A DNA stretch of 64,000 nucleotides. Origin: Octopus sinensis. Its lineage: Eukaryota. Of this stretch, positions 1 through 14,444 are shown piece after piece (the first letter of the stretch is position 1; each line of letters starts with the position of its first letter). The notes beneath the pieces were generated by a model. It was given only the letters and a program-made list of their open reading frames with translations, was not told where the DNA came from and did not search any database. A program made the position numbers and the translations under genes. The stretch is taken from positions 20,894,001 through 20,958,000 of the forward strand of contig NC_043005.1 in the NCBI RefSeq assembly GCF_006345805.1. Reading direction: 5' to 3'.

Positions 1-960
1 CCATTCGTCAGCAGTTTTGAATTTATAATACCAATAAATTATCCTATGTAGATATTGGCCAACTCTGTCATGTCTTGATTTGTACTCTACAAGTACTAAA
101 ACCTCACATATAGAGATTAAGTGGTTGACTATATCTATCAGCACTTTTGGTCAATACCTTTTATCATCACATTGGTTTGATAGTTTGGGGTTAATAAGCT
201 CTGATCGTGGGCAACCAAGATAAAACCATCATTCTCTGCCTATAGCACTGAGCTCCATAGCCACTGATAAGTGTGCTTCTGGTCTACATCAGCTTGTTTG
301 CTATGGGCCACATAGTTGCCATGCAGTTTTTGTTCCCACCCATCAGACAATTTTTCAAGCACATTTTGCTTTGCTATTGATTCACCTTCTTTGCAACTAC
401 AGTTGCTGCACTTCCCTCATGCTGTTCAACCTGAGTATTATGCATAAACTCACTTGAACATTTTTTCCCCTCCTTCGTAACTGAATGAAGCTTCCTCTTT
501 CATGGTGTTCCATGAGCATCCAGTCCTTATATATTTCAAGATATTTTGGTGGTTTTGTAGATTTCAAATTGGATAAATCTTGATCTCCTTGAGCTCTGGG
601 TAGGCAAAAATCGTCTGCCTCTGCCTTTGGGTGGTGCATTTTATTGCAAGTCAGCAGGTTACGGATTTTTCTGTCAATCTTCCTTATTTTGCTCACATTC
701 CAGTTCAACACATTGAAACTGTAAATAACAACCAGAACTGCTAAGGAATTTATAGCTAACACCTTGTTATGTGCATTTAACTCAGATTTTAGGACTGCTT
801 GAACTCTCCTGTAACACTCTTTCTTTATCTTCTCATTCATACTTGCATGTTGAATGCCAGAGCCCCCATTTATTCCGAGTTATTTGTGAGTTTGTTCCTG
901 CTTGAGTTATTTTATGAGTGTGTCAAAACCACTGAATATGAAGTCTTCAGTGTTCCTTTC
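1..960 (-). mobile_element. Decayed non-LTR retrotransposon ORF fragment (R4/Dong-like RT thumb and downstream region)
   Basis: ORF 397-840: YRRVQAVLKSELNAHNKVLAINSLAV...IDRKIRNLLT..MHHPKA; further downstream QWLWSSVL*AENDGFILVAHDQSLLT; stops and frameshifts. Confidence 0.75.
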
Positions 961-1339
961 TGTAAAGTGGCCTTAGCACATTTATCAAGACCAAATTCCA
1001 TCCCATTATTACAGGAAATGAAATTTTTAATATAATATGAAAAAGCCATCTGGTGCATTATGAAATCCTAATCCAACCAGAAAATTATGTTTTTGCATAA
1101 GACAATCTTCTCAGAATAAATAAGAATTCTGCTACATCAGGAGACATACATGAATGCTCACCTGAATAGTTTGGTTGTACGTAATCCTTTCATACATCCC
1201 TCCCCTAATGGCATGTAATTCTTTAATATGGCATGGCAATTACAACACTTGATACATTGGTTAACTACCTGTTCTACCACTCTTGCATGAATTCTTAAAA
1301 GGGTATCATTTTGGAAATAATTTTTTTATTTCTTTTACC

Positions 1340-1720
1340 TTTTAATTGTTTTATTCATTAGACTGCAACCATGCTGGGGCACTATCCTAAAGAATTTTAG
1401 ATAGATGAATTAACCCCAATAGTTACATTTCTTTAAAACTTGAAACTTTTTATGATAGTTTATTTTGCCAAACTGCTAAGTTACAGGGACATAAACACCC
1501 CAAAACCAGATGTCAAGCAGTGGGGGGGGGGGACAAACACAAATACAAACATAAAGATTATCTGTCTCTCTGTCTATCTCTCCCTCTTTCTTTCTCTCTC
1601 TCTCACACACAAACACACACACACAGTGGACTTTCAATTTCTCTCTATCAAATCCACTCAAAAAGCTTTGGTTGGCCTAAAGATATAATAGAAGGTGCTT
1701 GCTCAGAGTGTCACACAATG
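1340..1720. mobile_element. SINE copy, major family (also ~11480-11680, 13090-13510, 20860-21040, 47560-47943)
   Basis: Shared blocks gactgcggccatgctgg...gggacaaacacagacaca...aaatccactcacaaggctttgg with an internal (CA)/(TA) microsatellite; resembles octopus SINEs from memory. Confidence 0.8.
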
Positions 1721-1826
1721 GAAGAGAACCTAAAATCTTGTCATGTGTTTAAGAAGCAAACTTCTTACCATAAATCCACGCTTTTGAGTAAAAAACATAT
1801 TTCTTGTTTTCTTTTTCTTTTTTCAG

Positions 1827-2057
1827 CTGACAAACCTTTGCAGATTAAAAAAGTTAGCATACAAGAGAAGGATACTATTGGAAGGCTTAGAAATGTGAAA
1901 TTAAAGACGTGTAATGAAGCTTGCCATCAGTATCCGGGATGTAATTCTTATCAGTACAATGAGAAGGCTAAATTCTGTGATCTGAGCAATGCAACTGAGT
2001 TGACTGGTAACTTTAAACCCAACAATGGAAGTTGGGATGTGCACATAATTAACCCAG
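1827..2057 (+). CDS. Exon A1: PAN/Apple domain (DKPLQIKKVSIQEK...CNEACHQYPGCNSYQYNEKAKFCDLSNAT...WDVHIINP)
   Basis: tttttcag| acceptor at 1826; donor G|gtctgt at 2058; 231 nt; 4-Cys PAN core CxxxC-x5-C-x-S...C. Confidence 0.9.
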
Positions 2058-2310
2058 GTCTGTAGAATTTTTTCCATTTAACTTATTGTGTGTGTCAGTG
2101 TATACTTATATGTAATGTGTGTGTATGTAGATATATCATCATCATTTAACATCTGTCTATCTTGATAGCATGGGTAGGATGCTAGGCATGAGCTGGCCAA
2201 GTCAAAGACTACTCCTGACTACTGTGTCAGTTTTGGCAGATTTTATACACACACACACACTCATATATATGTATATATACATATCTATATATAAATACAC
2301 ACACATATGC

Positions 2311-2351
<41 letters not shown>

Positions 2352-2899
2352 GTATTGAAGCCATCCTCATCATCAAAATACAGGTTAGTCTGGTCATCTG
2401 TCACGTATGAGTGATATCAGAATTCTGAAGCAACATCTCTTTGGCCAATTCCCAACAGGAAGGTCAGTTGTGCTTCAAAGACAAACAAAAAGACAATATG
2501 AAGCAATGCAACATTCCCTTTTCTCCCTGGGAAAACAAAGCATCAGAAAGCAGGGCCTGGCACCAGTTCTGCTTTTCCTCAGTTAAAAGATTTGAACAAA
2601 CTGAACACTAACACCAGGACTATCTTCCTCTAAATGGAAACCTTGCCTGTCATTGTGGTTTTGTGGAATGAAATAAAGCAGGCCTTGCCATCCACTCAAG
2701 AAAACATAATGAATGAGCACAAGCACTCATGTAAACTAAGTCATCAATCTGTTTCATTTGTCATTGATGATGATGATTATTATTTCATTTATTTGCCACA
2801 AAGGCGAAGGATGAGTGAGACAATACAAAGACTGACATAAAATGATTAAAAAAAAAAAAAGAGAAAGAAGACTGAACCAGAGCTAGAAGAGGTGAAGTG

Positions 2900-3006
2900 A
2901 TGATGATGATAATGATGATATGATATATGATGTGATGTGATGTATATGATATGATGTGATATATGATATGATGATATATGATATAATATATGATATGATA
3001 TGATAA
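2900..3006. repeat. (ATG)/(ATATG)-type simple repeat between two ~70-bp direct repeats (2784-2855, 3007-3078)
   Basis: Direct reading. Confidence 0.8.
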
Positions 3007-3639
3007 TTTCATTTATTTGCCACGATGGTGAAAGATGAGGGAGACAATACAAAGACAGACACAAAATGATAAAAAAAGTGGAAGTATACATGGTGTACAC
3101 TTAAAAAGAAGGGTAATATGCATAACATCCAAAGGTTAAATAAAATGTGGCAGGGTGAGTGATGCAGATGTGGGCTTCCTGATACAGGAAAACCTCTAGT
3201 GATAATTGAGGAACCCCACTATCCAAGAGTTCCCTGAAACCTCAAGAGCAAGTGCCCTCTCCAATTCCATCTAGCTGACTTACAAATCTGTACTGAAAGA
3301 GATGACATCCACTCTCAACATTTTCACAACTTTCACCTACCTTTCAATTAACTCACTCGAGGATAGCACTTCCCCCTCCACTCTCAATTTCTTTTGAAGT
3401 GAAACTTGAAGAAGTCAATGAGAGTTCTACCAAAGTGGAATGTATCCGTCCTCATGCCTTTCAGCTTTGTCCATCAAATAACCTCTTTTTCCACAGCCAC
3501 CAGGCAAAGGAAAACTGCCATGCTTGCCCGATTGAAAGAGGGTGCTAGGGTAATCATCACTGCAGACTCAGCCAACAGACGGATCTGTTCAACATGTGAA
3601 AGCAGCTATTTAGCATAACCCCACAAGTCAGCAATGCCT

Positions 3640-4345
3640 GGACACTGAACAGTTTTGTCACTTTGCGCATGTCTGAAACAAGCACATCCATGTCTGTAGA
3701 GTTTATCTTGCACCAGTAGTGCCCTCTGGCAGCACTGCCCGGCCAAGGACAACTGGAAATTATCCATAACAGTTCCTGTCCACAAAGTCCTTCAGAACAG
3801 ACTAGCCAGTTCATTTACGTCAGCACCCAGAGTCTCCCCAAGAACATGCTGCTAATCCTTTATAAATTTCTACAGCACATGCCATTGTCGATCCCTTTTC
3901 CCAACTGGTACAGGGCTGAGAGTGCTTGAATATATTCCAAATAAGAGAATCTCCAATCTGGTCTAGCAGTAACTGGAACAAGGTGCGACAGTCAGGTGAT
4001 AAATAATGAGAGAGATGATGTATGCATTTGCCACTTTCGCCTGACCTTTCAAGGACAACTTACTCTTAACCCATTTCTGGGTAAGTCAGGCCATCATGTT
4101 CACCACCTCATCCCACTTCTTATCAACCTGTTGATTGGGACCAAACTAGACCCCAAGCAGTTTAACTAGTTCATTGGTCCAGCATCTGATGGTATTGTCC
4201 TGCCTCTCCAGGATCCCAACCACATACTTACCAATTTGTCAGTGTTGATTTTAGCCCCTGCTACTGACTCATATTCCTTTAGGATGGTGCCAGCCATTTT
4301 TACTTCAGAGGTTTCCAGCACAATGATGGTGATGTCATCCACCTT
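3640..4345 (-). mobile_element. L1/Tx1-like LINE ORF2 fragment (RT C-terminal part and zinc-finger region)
   Basis: Minus-strand translation DDITIIV...EYESVAGAKINTDKLVSMWLGSWRG and RALLVQDKLYRHG...QCPGIADLW. Confidence 0.7.
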
Positions 4346-6741
4346 TCCTCTACAAGCATCAGGCTAGTAATTTTGATGGGAGGAGGTTGATTATGTTATT
4401 CCCAGTACTTGACTGGTAATTACTTTAAGGGCCCAAAAGAAAGAAAAGCAAATTTGACATACGTGGAACTTGGCTGTTAAGCATTTTGTCCAGTGTGATA
4501 ACTATTTTGCCATCTCATTGCTTTGATTGTAATAATGATTATTATAATAAAAATTATAAAATTTTAATAACAATAATTTTAATAATATTATAAAAAATAA
4601 TTGTTAATAATTATGGTAAAATGATAATTACAATAACAACACTAAAACTAACTGAAGCAACTGTAGCAATAACTTTAATTGTTATAAGAAGAGGAAGAGA
4701 AAAAGCATTAAGTATAAGGTTGGCAATAATAAACTATAAACTGGTAGCAGCGACCAATGTTTGGTGAATAATAGCAATAACAGTAAAATATATATAGTAT
4801 AAGTAAAGTGTATATAGATATATATAGTGCAAACAAAGTGTTTATAAATATATATAATGCAAATATATAGTACAAATATATAGTGTAAACAAATATATAT
4901 AGTGATGCAAGAAATATTCATGGTAGAAGAGGTGGTTATTGTACCATAGTAGGCCTTACATAGCAGAGTGATAATAAACAGGTAAGAACAACAGCATACT
5001 GTAAGCAATGTCAGTAATGAGGATGATTATAACAAGAACAAAAAGGCAGTGTATCTTTGGTGGTAGAGATGATTACAACAAAAGCTCTTACAAAATGCAT
5101 GCTGGTGCTCACAGCAGGTTAGTGGGGAATAACAAGTAAGATCTAACCTGTAGTACAGATGCTTATATGCAACGTGCTATGGTAGGGGTGAAAGGGCAAT
5201 AGGGAAAGCTACTAGACTGGAGTCGGAGCTACACTTGATAGGAGTGAAGCTGGCATTTTCTGTGATGTTTGAAATTAATTATGAGTTCATTTCACTTATT
5301 GAGCAGGGAGGGCCATCAGCTGTGATTATGGCAATGGCCTCATGCAAACAGAGTCTACAGCTATGCCCAGGCAGTTGGCAGGGAGACCAGTTAGTGATCA
5401 GTCAGTTCCATATTCAACTGCTTCTGACTTAGAATGAGATATGTACTAGGCAAGGGATGCAGAAAACTAGAACTGAGAGTGCAGGTGTGAAGGTACCCTC
5501 CTCTTGTGTGGTGGAGTATAACAGCTTGACCACATTCTTATTGAAGATCCAGTGGAATCTCTGCTCTGATGGGAAGTTTTTCGTAAAGATTTCAAACTCC
5601 CTTGCCAGCAAACTCTTCACTGATTTGCAGAAGTGGAGGAAAAGAAATAAAAGAGAAATCAGTTATTTACCATAGTTTTGGGTTGGTCTTTTTGGGAGAA
5701 AAGAGACTGGAGGGTAGGATTTACATTTCTAGAGGGGAATACAAACAGTGTCTGAACCTAGGAGCAACATACTAGAGTTTGACTAACTTATGCATCCACC
5801 AGTTCCTTGAACATCCCTGGCACTGTCAGCAAAGGCAAGGCAGTGACCTGTCCCACTATTGGCTTTACCAGCTACACCATCTTTATCACCCTCTCCATCT
5901 GGCATGTGTCTCCAGTGTGTATCAACTTAGTTGTTGCTTGTCTCTAACTTGTACTGTTTTATCAATTGCCTGATGATGTGTTTGCTCCATGTTTGCTGTA
6001 TAAGCTTCACCTACTGGTTGCATATGCAGAGAGGCATCGTGAGTTACCAAATATTGAAACATATATAACAACTGCAAAAAAGGATTACCAGGTTATGCAC
6101 ATCTTCATAATTATCATCATAATCCTTTAACGTTGATATTCAATGCTGGCATGGATTAGACAGTTTGACAGATGCTGGTAAGCAGCAGAGTTGACTTGGT
6201 TTCTAAAGCTAGATGCATTTCCTAATGCCAACCACTGTACAGTGTGTGCTGGGTGCTTTGAATGTGCCCACCAGCATGGGTGCTTTTACGTAGCACTAGC
6301 ACAAGTGCTTATGTAGCACTGACACAAGGGTCTTGCAGGCTAGTCCTCTTCACTAGGAGGAGTGGCCTTAACAGTCCTGTTGTGGAGGATGGGTCTTTTT
6401 GAGTACAGCAAGGTATCGGGTATCCCATGCCTTTATCCCATGTCTTCCTGGATCTCCCTCTTCCACATGTTCCATCCACTTTGAAAGATTGGCACTTTGT
6501 TATGGAGCTGTCAGCATCCATTGGCATTAGCCACTCTATCAGATGTTACTCATCACTGGTCACTTTGCATCAGTTTAGCCATCACATGATGCCACCACCC
6601 TCTCTTGATTAAAAGGGGACTGGAGTGACATGAAATGAAGTGTTTTGCTCAGGAACACAACATGCTGCCTGATTTGGGAATTGAAGCCATGATCTATTGA
6701 TCATGAGTGCAGCAGCCTAACCACTAGGTCACATGCCTTCA

Positions 6742-6777
<36 letters not shown>

Positions 6778-6936
6778 TTCATTTATGTATCTATGCATCT
6801 ATTTATATCTGTGTACATATTTCTTCTGTTTGTCTCAGTCAATATATTCTATTTCAAATTTGTCATTATCTTCTCATGTTCACCCTCATTCTCACATATA
6901 TTAACCATTGATCTCAATTTCTCTGATCACTTCCAG

Positions 6937-7107
6937 TTTTGACAATAATTGACTGTGGACCTCCAAAAGACATTTTTGGTGCATCAAAATCTTACAGTAC
7001 CACCACCTATAAATCTGAAGTGATCTATACATGTTCAAGAGGAGAAAAATTAAAATCAGAATGTAAGAAGGACAGTGAATGGGCTCCATTGTCATCTGGT
7101 TGTAAAG
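6937..7107 (+). CDS. Exon B1: Sushi/CCP domain (IDCGPPKDI...VIYTCSRGEKLKSECKKDSEWAPLSSGCK)
   Basis: ttccag| acceptor; G|gtaatg donor; 171 nt; 4 Cys plus conserved Trp before the last Cys. Confidence 0.9.
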
Positions 7108-7619
7108 GTAATGTAAATAGGCTCTCTCTTGTTGCTCTTATTGATGGAATTTTGTTTCTTATTTTTGGGTTAAGTCTTTTTGTCAGATGCAGCATTGCTG
7201 TGTCCATGACAATTCCTGTTATGTTTATGGCTAATAGAAGAGAAAGAAGAGGCTATCCTGATACCTGGGACATTCACAAATGCTGGTTAAAATGTGGAGT
7301 TCATTAAAGCTACCCAAGGGCTAGGTAAAGGTATTACTCTGGCTGATGGATTAAGTCTGCTTCACAAAAAGAAGAAGTGTGTAAATGTGTTCCCTCCCGA
7401 AGACTTCCACAATTATACGTTTGTTATAACTCAGCTTATCTTGCTCATTTTCCTTGTAATTTCTAACTTGACTGTTTACATTTGTACAATGTGTCATCAT
7501 CCAAAACAGTGCACAATGCATTGAACTTAGTCCTTCAAAACACTAGAATTTGACAGTCACTTGAAACAGACTTCTGATGTTCTTGTCACATACAAATCCA
7601 CTCTCCTTAAATATTCTTC

Positions 7620-7830
7620 TCTACTATAGGCACAAGGCCTGAAATTTGGGGGAGGAGCTAGTCAATTAGATTGACCCCAGTACACAACTGGTACTTAATT
7701 TATTGACCCTGAAATGATGAAAGGTGAAGTCAACTTTTGTTGAATTTGAACTGAGAACATAAAAACAGACGAAATACTGCTGAGCATTTTGCCCAGCGTG
7801 CTAACATTTCTGCCAGCTTGCCGTCTTCCA
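7620..7830. mobile_element. SINE copy, second family (also ~11240-11400 inverted, 37030-37220, 56530-56740)
   Basis: Shared ggtacttatttaatcgacccc..gatgaaaggcaaag..gaatttgaactcagaac..gtgctaacgtttctgccagct blocks. Confidence 0.75.
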
Positions 7831-9144
7831 CCATCATTAAATATTATATTAATAATAATAACAGTCCCAGATTTGGGCAAAGAAAGGCAGAAATTTTTGA
7901 TTTGCAGTCTTTAGTCGACATCACTAACTCCAGTTCCTGACTGGTATTTTATGTTATTGACCCATGCAAGAATGAAAGGTGAAGTTGACATTGGCTGGAT
8001 TTGAACTGAACACATAATGTGCCTGAATAGCTTTCCTTCCAATTCTTTAATTACTATACATGTATACAATTAAATGAATATAAGAATGACGATGCACTTC
8101 TCTTGAATAATGCAGGACCTCTGTCTAGGTGCAACTGGAGAATCCCATAATTGAAAATCATCTTCAACTCCAAGAATAAATGCCCTCTCCAGTTATTGTT
8201 TCTTGATCTATTGTTTTATACACTGTGGTCCCCATCCATTCTTCCCCTTGTTGTCACTTTCACCTCATATTAAAAAAATTCCTTTTGATGACAGTACCTT
8301 CCTTATATTGTAACCTTCTTTACAAGTGAAACTTCAAAAATGTAGATTAAGAATTGACCAAAGTGAAATGACATTTCAACCTCATCCATGACACAACCTA
8401 TCAGAATGTGGAAACTGCTTTCTCTGCCCAGTTAAAGGAAGGTGTGAGGCAATTACTCTGATGAGCTCAGATTACAGCCAGATCCATGTAACAAAGAACG
8501 GCTACTGTTTCACATAACTTTATATATCAGAGATATGTAGACAATGTACAATTGCAGATGAGATGAGGTTTTTGTACTACACATATCTTGGATAGGCATG
8601 TTTGATGACTCCTCTATGACTGTAGATTTTTATCTTTGAGCAAGGGCTTCAGAAAACTGTCCATGTTATCTCTTGACATAAAGCCTCCCAAAACAAACTT
8701 TTGTGTTCATATTTTTACAACTGCAGAGACTCTTATTGACAAACAATTTCTGAGGTTTCCTACAGACCACATGAATCTTACAAGTGTAGGATGGAGAGTG
8801 GCCTGAGAATTTCATGACATTATTGTTTGTGCCACGACCTACTTTGAAACTGAAAATTTCATATCATTTTGATGAATTTTGCATTTACTGTTTTTGGCAC
8901 ATGACCAAACATAATTAATGAAAGCAATGATATTGTGTGATATTCATGTCTATCTCAAGGGCAGCAATTTTTTTATGTAAATTTTTTCATTCACTTTTCT
9001 ACACTTTCATGGATTGGTTAGAGTCTATGGAAGATTTTCTATAAATGGATGCCCTTACTATCACCAACACTCACCTGTTTCTGAACAAGATAATATTTCC
9101 CCTCAATCATACATGGTCTCACAGAAGATTGAACATGAGTGATA

Positions 9145-10235
9145 GGGATGGACAGTGCATAATTTTCTGTTGGCCCCCTTTTATTTGTTGCATATGTTAA
9201 TGACATAGATGCCAACTTAAAGAATGCAACAATGCTGAAATATGCAGATGACATCAAGCTGTATCTCGAAATGAAGAGAACAGATCCTGTACACTATAGA
9301 TCTTTATTGTAATCAGACCTGGACACAATGCAGCAGTGGATCATGGACTGACAACTCAAGCTGGCTGTGGACAAATGTACCACCATGTATTTTGGGAGGA
9401 AAAACCCAGCGTGTACTTACTCCCTCCACAACACTAATCTCAAAAAGTCTTCTTGTGAATGTGACCTGGGCATTATTGCCGACAGTGATTTGCGTTGGAC
9501 AAAACACATTGCTAAAATTGCCAAAAAGGCTGAGGGTGTCTTGGCATCACTTACTAACTCCTTTGTGAGCTGCTCTCCGGCTATCTATCTGAGGCATTAT
9601 ATAGCTATGGCGTGGCCTCATCTGGAATTTGCATCACTGGTCTGGAACCCCTATCTTGCCCAGGATATTAATTGTCTGGAAACCATTCAGTGGCATGCAA
9701 CCAAGAGAATACCCTCCATCAGGCATTTGCCATTTTCTGAACGCCTTACTTCCCTGGGCATGGATACATTGAAACTCCAACGTCTAGCAGCTGACTTGGC
9801 AGACACCCATAAAATTATTAACCATCTTACTAACAATAACTCTGAGCACCTTTTCAAACTCCACCTGTTTAACGCCCGTGGACATGTTTACAAAGTCAGA
9901 AAACAGCACAGCTCTCATGACTTTTGGAAACATTTTTTCACGCTAAGAGTTGCTGAAGCATGGAATAAACTGCCAGCATCAGTTGTTAGTTGTCGGAGCA
10001 TTGCATCCTTCCAAATTTCCATGCTTCCTGAGATTTGCCATCACTACACTTGATTTTTCTCCCCTCCATACACACGCAAGCATGTATCTGACTAATACAC
10101 TGTTCACTTGCCAGACATTTGTACATTACTGCATATGCTTTATATGCACTTTTGACAAGTTGAGGTGCAACTGAGCACTGTATACAATAATTTCATTATT
10201 ATTATTATTATCATTATTATTATTATTTTTATTAT
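9145..10235 (+). mobile_element. 5'-truncated CR1-like LINE, RT 3' part with (ATT)n tail
   Basis: GPLLFVAYVND...KYADDIKLY; ORF 9367-10053 PHLEFASLVWNPY...LRVAEAWNKLP; ATT tail ~10190-10235. Confidence 0.85.
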
Positions 10236-10339
10236 AAGCTCTTTGAGGCATTACTTGAAGAAAATCCTGCATTATCAGTTTTTTATGCAATAAAGCATAG
10301 TTCAAGCTATACAGTTGTTCATCGTCATCTTCAACCACT

Positions 10340-10865
10340 TGGAAAGGTTCCTAAACTTGGAAAATGGGTGCCTCATGAATTGTCTGAAAGCAACTGCAAA
10401 TTTCAAGTTGACATCTGCTCTTCTCTCCATTGTCGCAAATTCATTTCACCCTTTTTGGATAGACTTGTGACTGGTGACAAAAAATGGATCTTCTATCGAA
10501 ATGTTAAGCATTATAAACAGTGGCTTGGTAAAAGGAAAAAAGCTCAACCACAATCGAGAAGGGAACTTCATGGGAAAAAGGTTTTTCTCTCTATCTGGTG
10601 GGATTGCAAAAGAGTGATTCACTTTGAATTGTTAACAACCTAATGCAACAATCAATGCTCAAGTCTACTGTCAGTGATTAGAGCATTTCAAACAAGGTTT
10701 AATGGAAGAAAGACCCGCTCTAGTGAACTGCAAGGGAGTGATGTTTCATCAGGACTATGCACAACTCCACACTGCAAAGATCACATCACAGAAGATTGAA
10801 GAGCTTGGTTGGGAAAAAATTGCTCATCCACCTTATTCTACTGACCTTGCTCCTTCAGACTAACA
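10340..10865 (+). mobile_element. Decayed mariner transposase fragment
   Basis: KWVPHEL, VTGDKKW, FHQD, HPPYSTDLAPSD motifs; stops and frameshifts. Confidence 0.85.
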
Positions 10866-13305
10866 TTTGTTTTGTATACAATAGCGTCTTCATAGTATGG
10901 TTGGCTTTGCTGTCATCTGTCTTTCGAACTGGAACATGGTTGAGTAAGCTCTGTGTGGTCTCCGATCAGACCTTAGAAGGTCTTAAGCCAAAAGATGGTG
11001 AATCATGGAATAATCAGCCTATTTATGGATTGAAGATGGCTCAATTGAAAGATCCTATCCGAAAGCCGTGATTGGTCAGTTTACACACTGGTGCAAAATA
11101 AGTAGAGAGACAGACCATGCTTAGATGCTAACCAATCAGATCAGTGGACACAACAAGGTTAAACTAGCCAAAGCTGTTTGTAATCTCAAACGAGATCATT
11201 CCTAATGTTTTTCTCAAACAGTGAAGATAGCAATATTGCTACAGTGTCTTTATATTCTAAATTAAAATTCTGCCGTGGTCGACTTAGCCATTCATCCTTT
11301 CAGGGTCGATAAATTAAGTACCAGTTGTATACTGGCATTGATCTAATCAACTGACCCCCTCCCTAAAAGTTTCAGGCCTTGAGCCTAGAGTAGAAAAGAA
11401 TATATTTATTTATCATTATAATATCTTGTATTTAAATTACATACATTTGTGTATATATTCCTTCATTCATTCATTTACTTGTTTCAGTCATTTGACTGTG
11501 TCCATGCTTGAGCATCACCATCAGTCGAACAAATCGACTCCAGGACTTATTCTTTGTAAACCTAGTACTTATTCTATCGGTCACTTTTGGTGAAGTGCTA
11601 AGTTATGGCATTGTTGACACACCAAAATCAGTTGTCAAATGGTGGCAGGGGAGGGGTGACAAACACAGACATATATATATCACCATCATCATCATCATCA
11701 TCCTTATCAACATTTAACATCTGATGATCATGCTGGCAGGATTTCAATGGTTTGACCAGGATTAGGAAGCTGAGGGACTGCTCAAGACCTCTGTCTGATT
11801 TGGCATGGTTTCTACTGCTGGATGCCCTTCCTAATACCAACCACACACACACACATATATACACACACACACAAACATGCAATCACACAACACTGACAAT
11901 GGCAGCAACAGTACATCACTCAACAGAGGCAGCAGTACGAACAGCTAGGATGGCAACAACAACAATGATATAAGGACTAAATATAATGAAACATCAGTAG
12001 TTGTAGCACACAGTGCACAGACATGGAAATATGTCAGTTCAACTAATGGCCCCTTTAAGCAATGTCTGAGCAACCAGAAATCCTCTTTTAGAATACCAAA
12101 GAGGATGAATATCAGGTACCTAGCTAGCCACATATGGCTTTCAGAAGAGGAAGGCATGCCATACATAATTAAATGGAACCATCTCAGACAATTAGGGCCA
12201 GATATAAATGGGCTGAAATGAGGTAAGCTTTGCTTGGCTGATAGAGCAAGAATCGTAAGGAACTCATTTACCATGTGGCCTTTTTACTCTAGGAAAAAGG
12301 GTTTAGTCAGTCTCCACATGAGTGCCCTGTTGCAAGCTTGGAGTTCCCCATTCATCAAATAGAACCATGGCAGACACTTAGAAACTCATTATGGTTCAAA
12401 TAGATGTAGGGGACATAAACCAATCCCATCTGAAGCACTACCTCCAGGGTCCTTCTGGATGCATTTATTTTTGTTTATGAATCTAACTGACAATGTTGTT
12501 TTCCTCCCGCCAACCACAGAGACGTTATATGCCTCTGGCCATTTGAGTCTTATGAATTGCCTATACTGCTAAGCACTTTCGATGTGTAAAACCATTGGAC
12601 ACTCTCTGATGAGTCATAACAATCAATCAGCAACCAGATCCACTCAGAACGCTCTTGTTGACCCTGGGCAATAGTAGGAGACTTGTTTAAGGTTTCACGC
12701 ATTGAAATTGAACTGAGAAACATATTTTTGGAATGCAGACTTATTTCCATACAGCCATGCCTGCTTCACTCAATACATATTTGTTTTAAATGAACAGCTG
12801 TGAAAAAAATACTCAGGGTCACTTCATGAATGGAAAATAAATAGTTAAGTGGTTATTTATTGAACAATGATATGATAAATTGAAATTTATTAATACATAT
12901 TCAGTTTACTGTTCAGTGAGTGATGAAATATTTATGTTAATAACTTCTCCTGGTCATATGATTGAGAGGAAGGAACATTGTAAAAATCTCTTTTTTATTC
13001 TCATCTCACTAAAGATCTAATTTTGCTGAATAAAATTTCTTAGGTTGATATATTAAGTTGTAAATGTTCACATTGGCTACATATACTCTTTTACTTGTTT
13101 CAGTCATTTGACTGTGGCTATTCTGGAACACCACCTTTAGTCGAGGAAATCGAACTCAGGACTTATTCTTTGTAAGGCTAGTACTTATTCTATCGGTCTG
13201 TTTTGCCGAACTGCTAGGTGACGGGGACGTAAATACACCACCATTGGTTATTAAGAGATTTTGGGGGACAAACACAGACACACAAACATATACACACATA
13301 CATAT

Positions 13306-13366
<61 letters not shown>

Positions 13367-14444
13367 TATACACACACATATATACGATGGGCTTCTTTCA
13401 GGTTCTGTCTACCAAATCCACTCACAAGGCTTTGGTCGGCCCACGGTGCCACACAGTGGGACTCAACCTGGAACCATGTAATTCATAAGCAAGCCACTTA
13501 CCACACAGGCACTCTTACGCCTCATATGTCAATCATCTTGGTGAAGATAAACCTTTAACGTCTGCTATCCATGCTGGCATAGGTGGAATGATTTCACAGG
13601 AGCCAGCCAAACAGAAGCCTGTATCAATCTTCTGTGACTGTTTTGGCAAGATTGTTACAGCTGGACGCCCTTCCTAACACCAGCTGCCCAGCAGAGTGGA
13701 CTTAGTGCTTCTTATTCTTACTTAGTACAAGCATAGGTGAGGCCAGTTTTGGCAAGGTTTTTACAGCTGGAACCCTTTCTAAATGCCAACCACTTTACAG
13801 TGTGGACTGGATGCTTTTAAAGTAGCACTTGCACTGACAGGGTCACCAAGTAACTTGCAAGAAAAAAATCTTTTGAGAATGAAGAGTCATTGGAGGAGAT
13901 GATCAAAGTAAAAGTATTTTTGTTTTCCTAAGGAAAAAATTACACAATCAGTAGAGTTTCTTGTCATGACTAGACTAGCCATATTTAGTTACATCTTTTT
14001 ACTTTCAGGATTCAAATCCCACCAGTGGGGTACTTCACTTTTCATACTCCTCAGGTTGATTAAACAGTATTAGTTAAGAACTAAATTTCATTCATTTTCA
14101 TGTATCCTCACCCTGAAAAATGTATAACTTTGTTACCATCGATGATAATTATAATTATTCTTGTTGTTGAAAGTGAAGTATTGACAAAATCATTTGAGCA
14201 TCAGACAAAATGTTTTGTGATATTTATTTTGGCTCTTGAACTTCTGGGTTCAAATCTGGCTTTTGACAACTTCATCATTCCGAGGCCAGTAAGTAAAAAT
14301 GCTGCCAGTCAAGTGTTGAGGCCTATTGTAGTCAGCCATTTCTTACATCAAAGCTTTGGCATTGTTAGAAAATGTTAGAAAATAGTATGTTAGAAAATAG
14401 TACTGTTATTAGTTACATTGGTCTAAATTTTACTTTAATTTCAG

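Noticed and set aside
1520-2065. ORF-track proteins extending beyond the PAN/Sushi exons (also 6939-7307, 14372-14761, 53072-53509, 62568-62954)
   Set aside because: Homology among paralogues at protein level stops at the AG/GT sites; the extensions are intron or SINE sequence.
5235-5800. Short ORFs that might be a second ORF1-like relic
   Set aside because: No recognisable motif by eye; needs a profile search.
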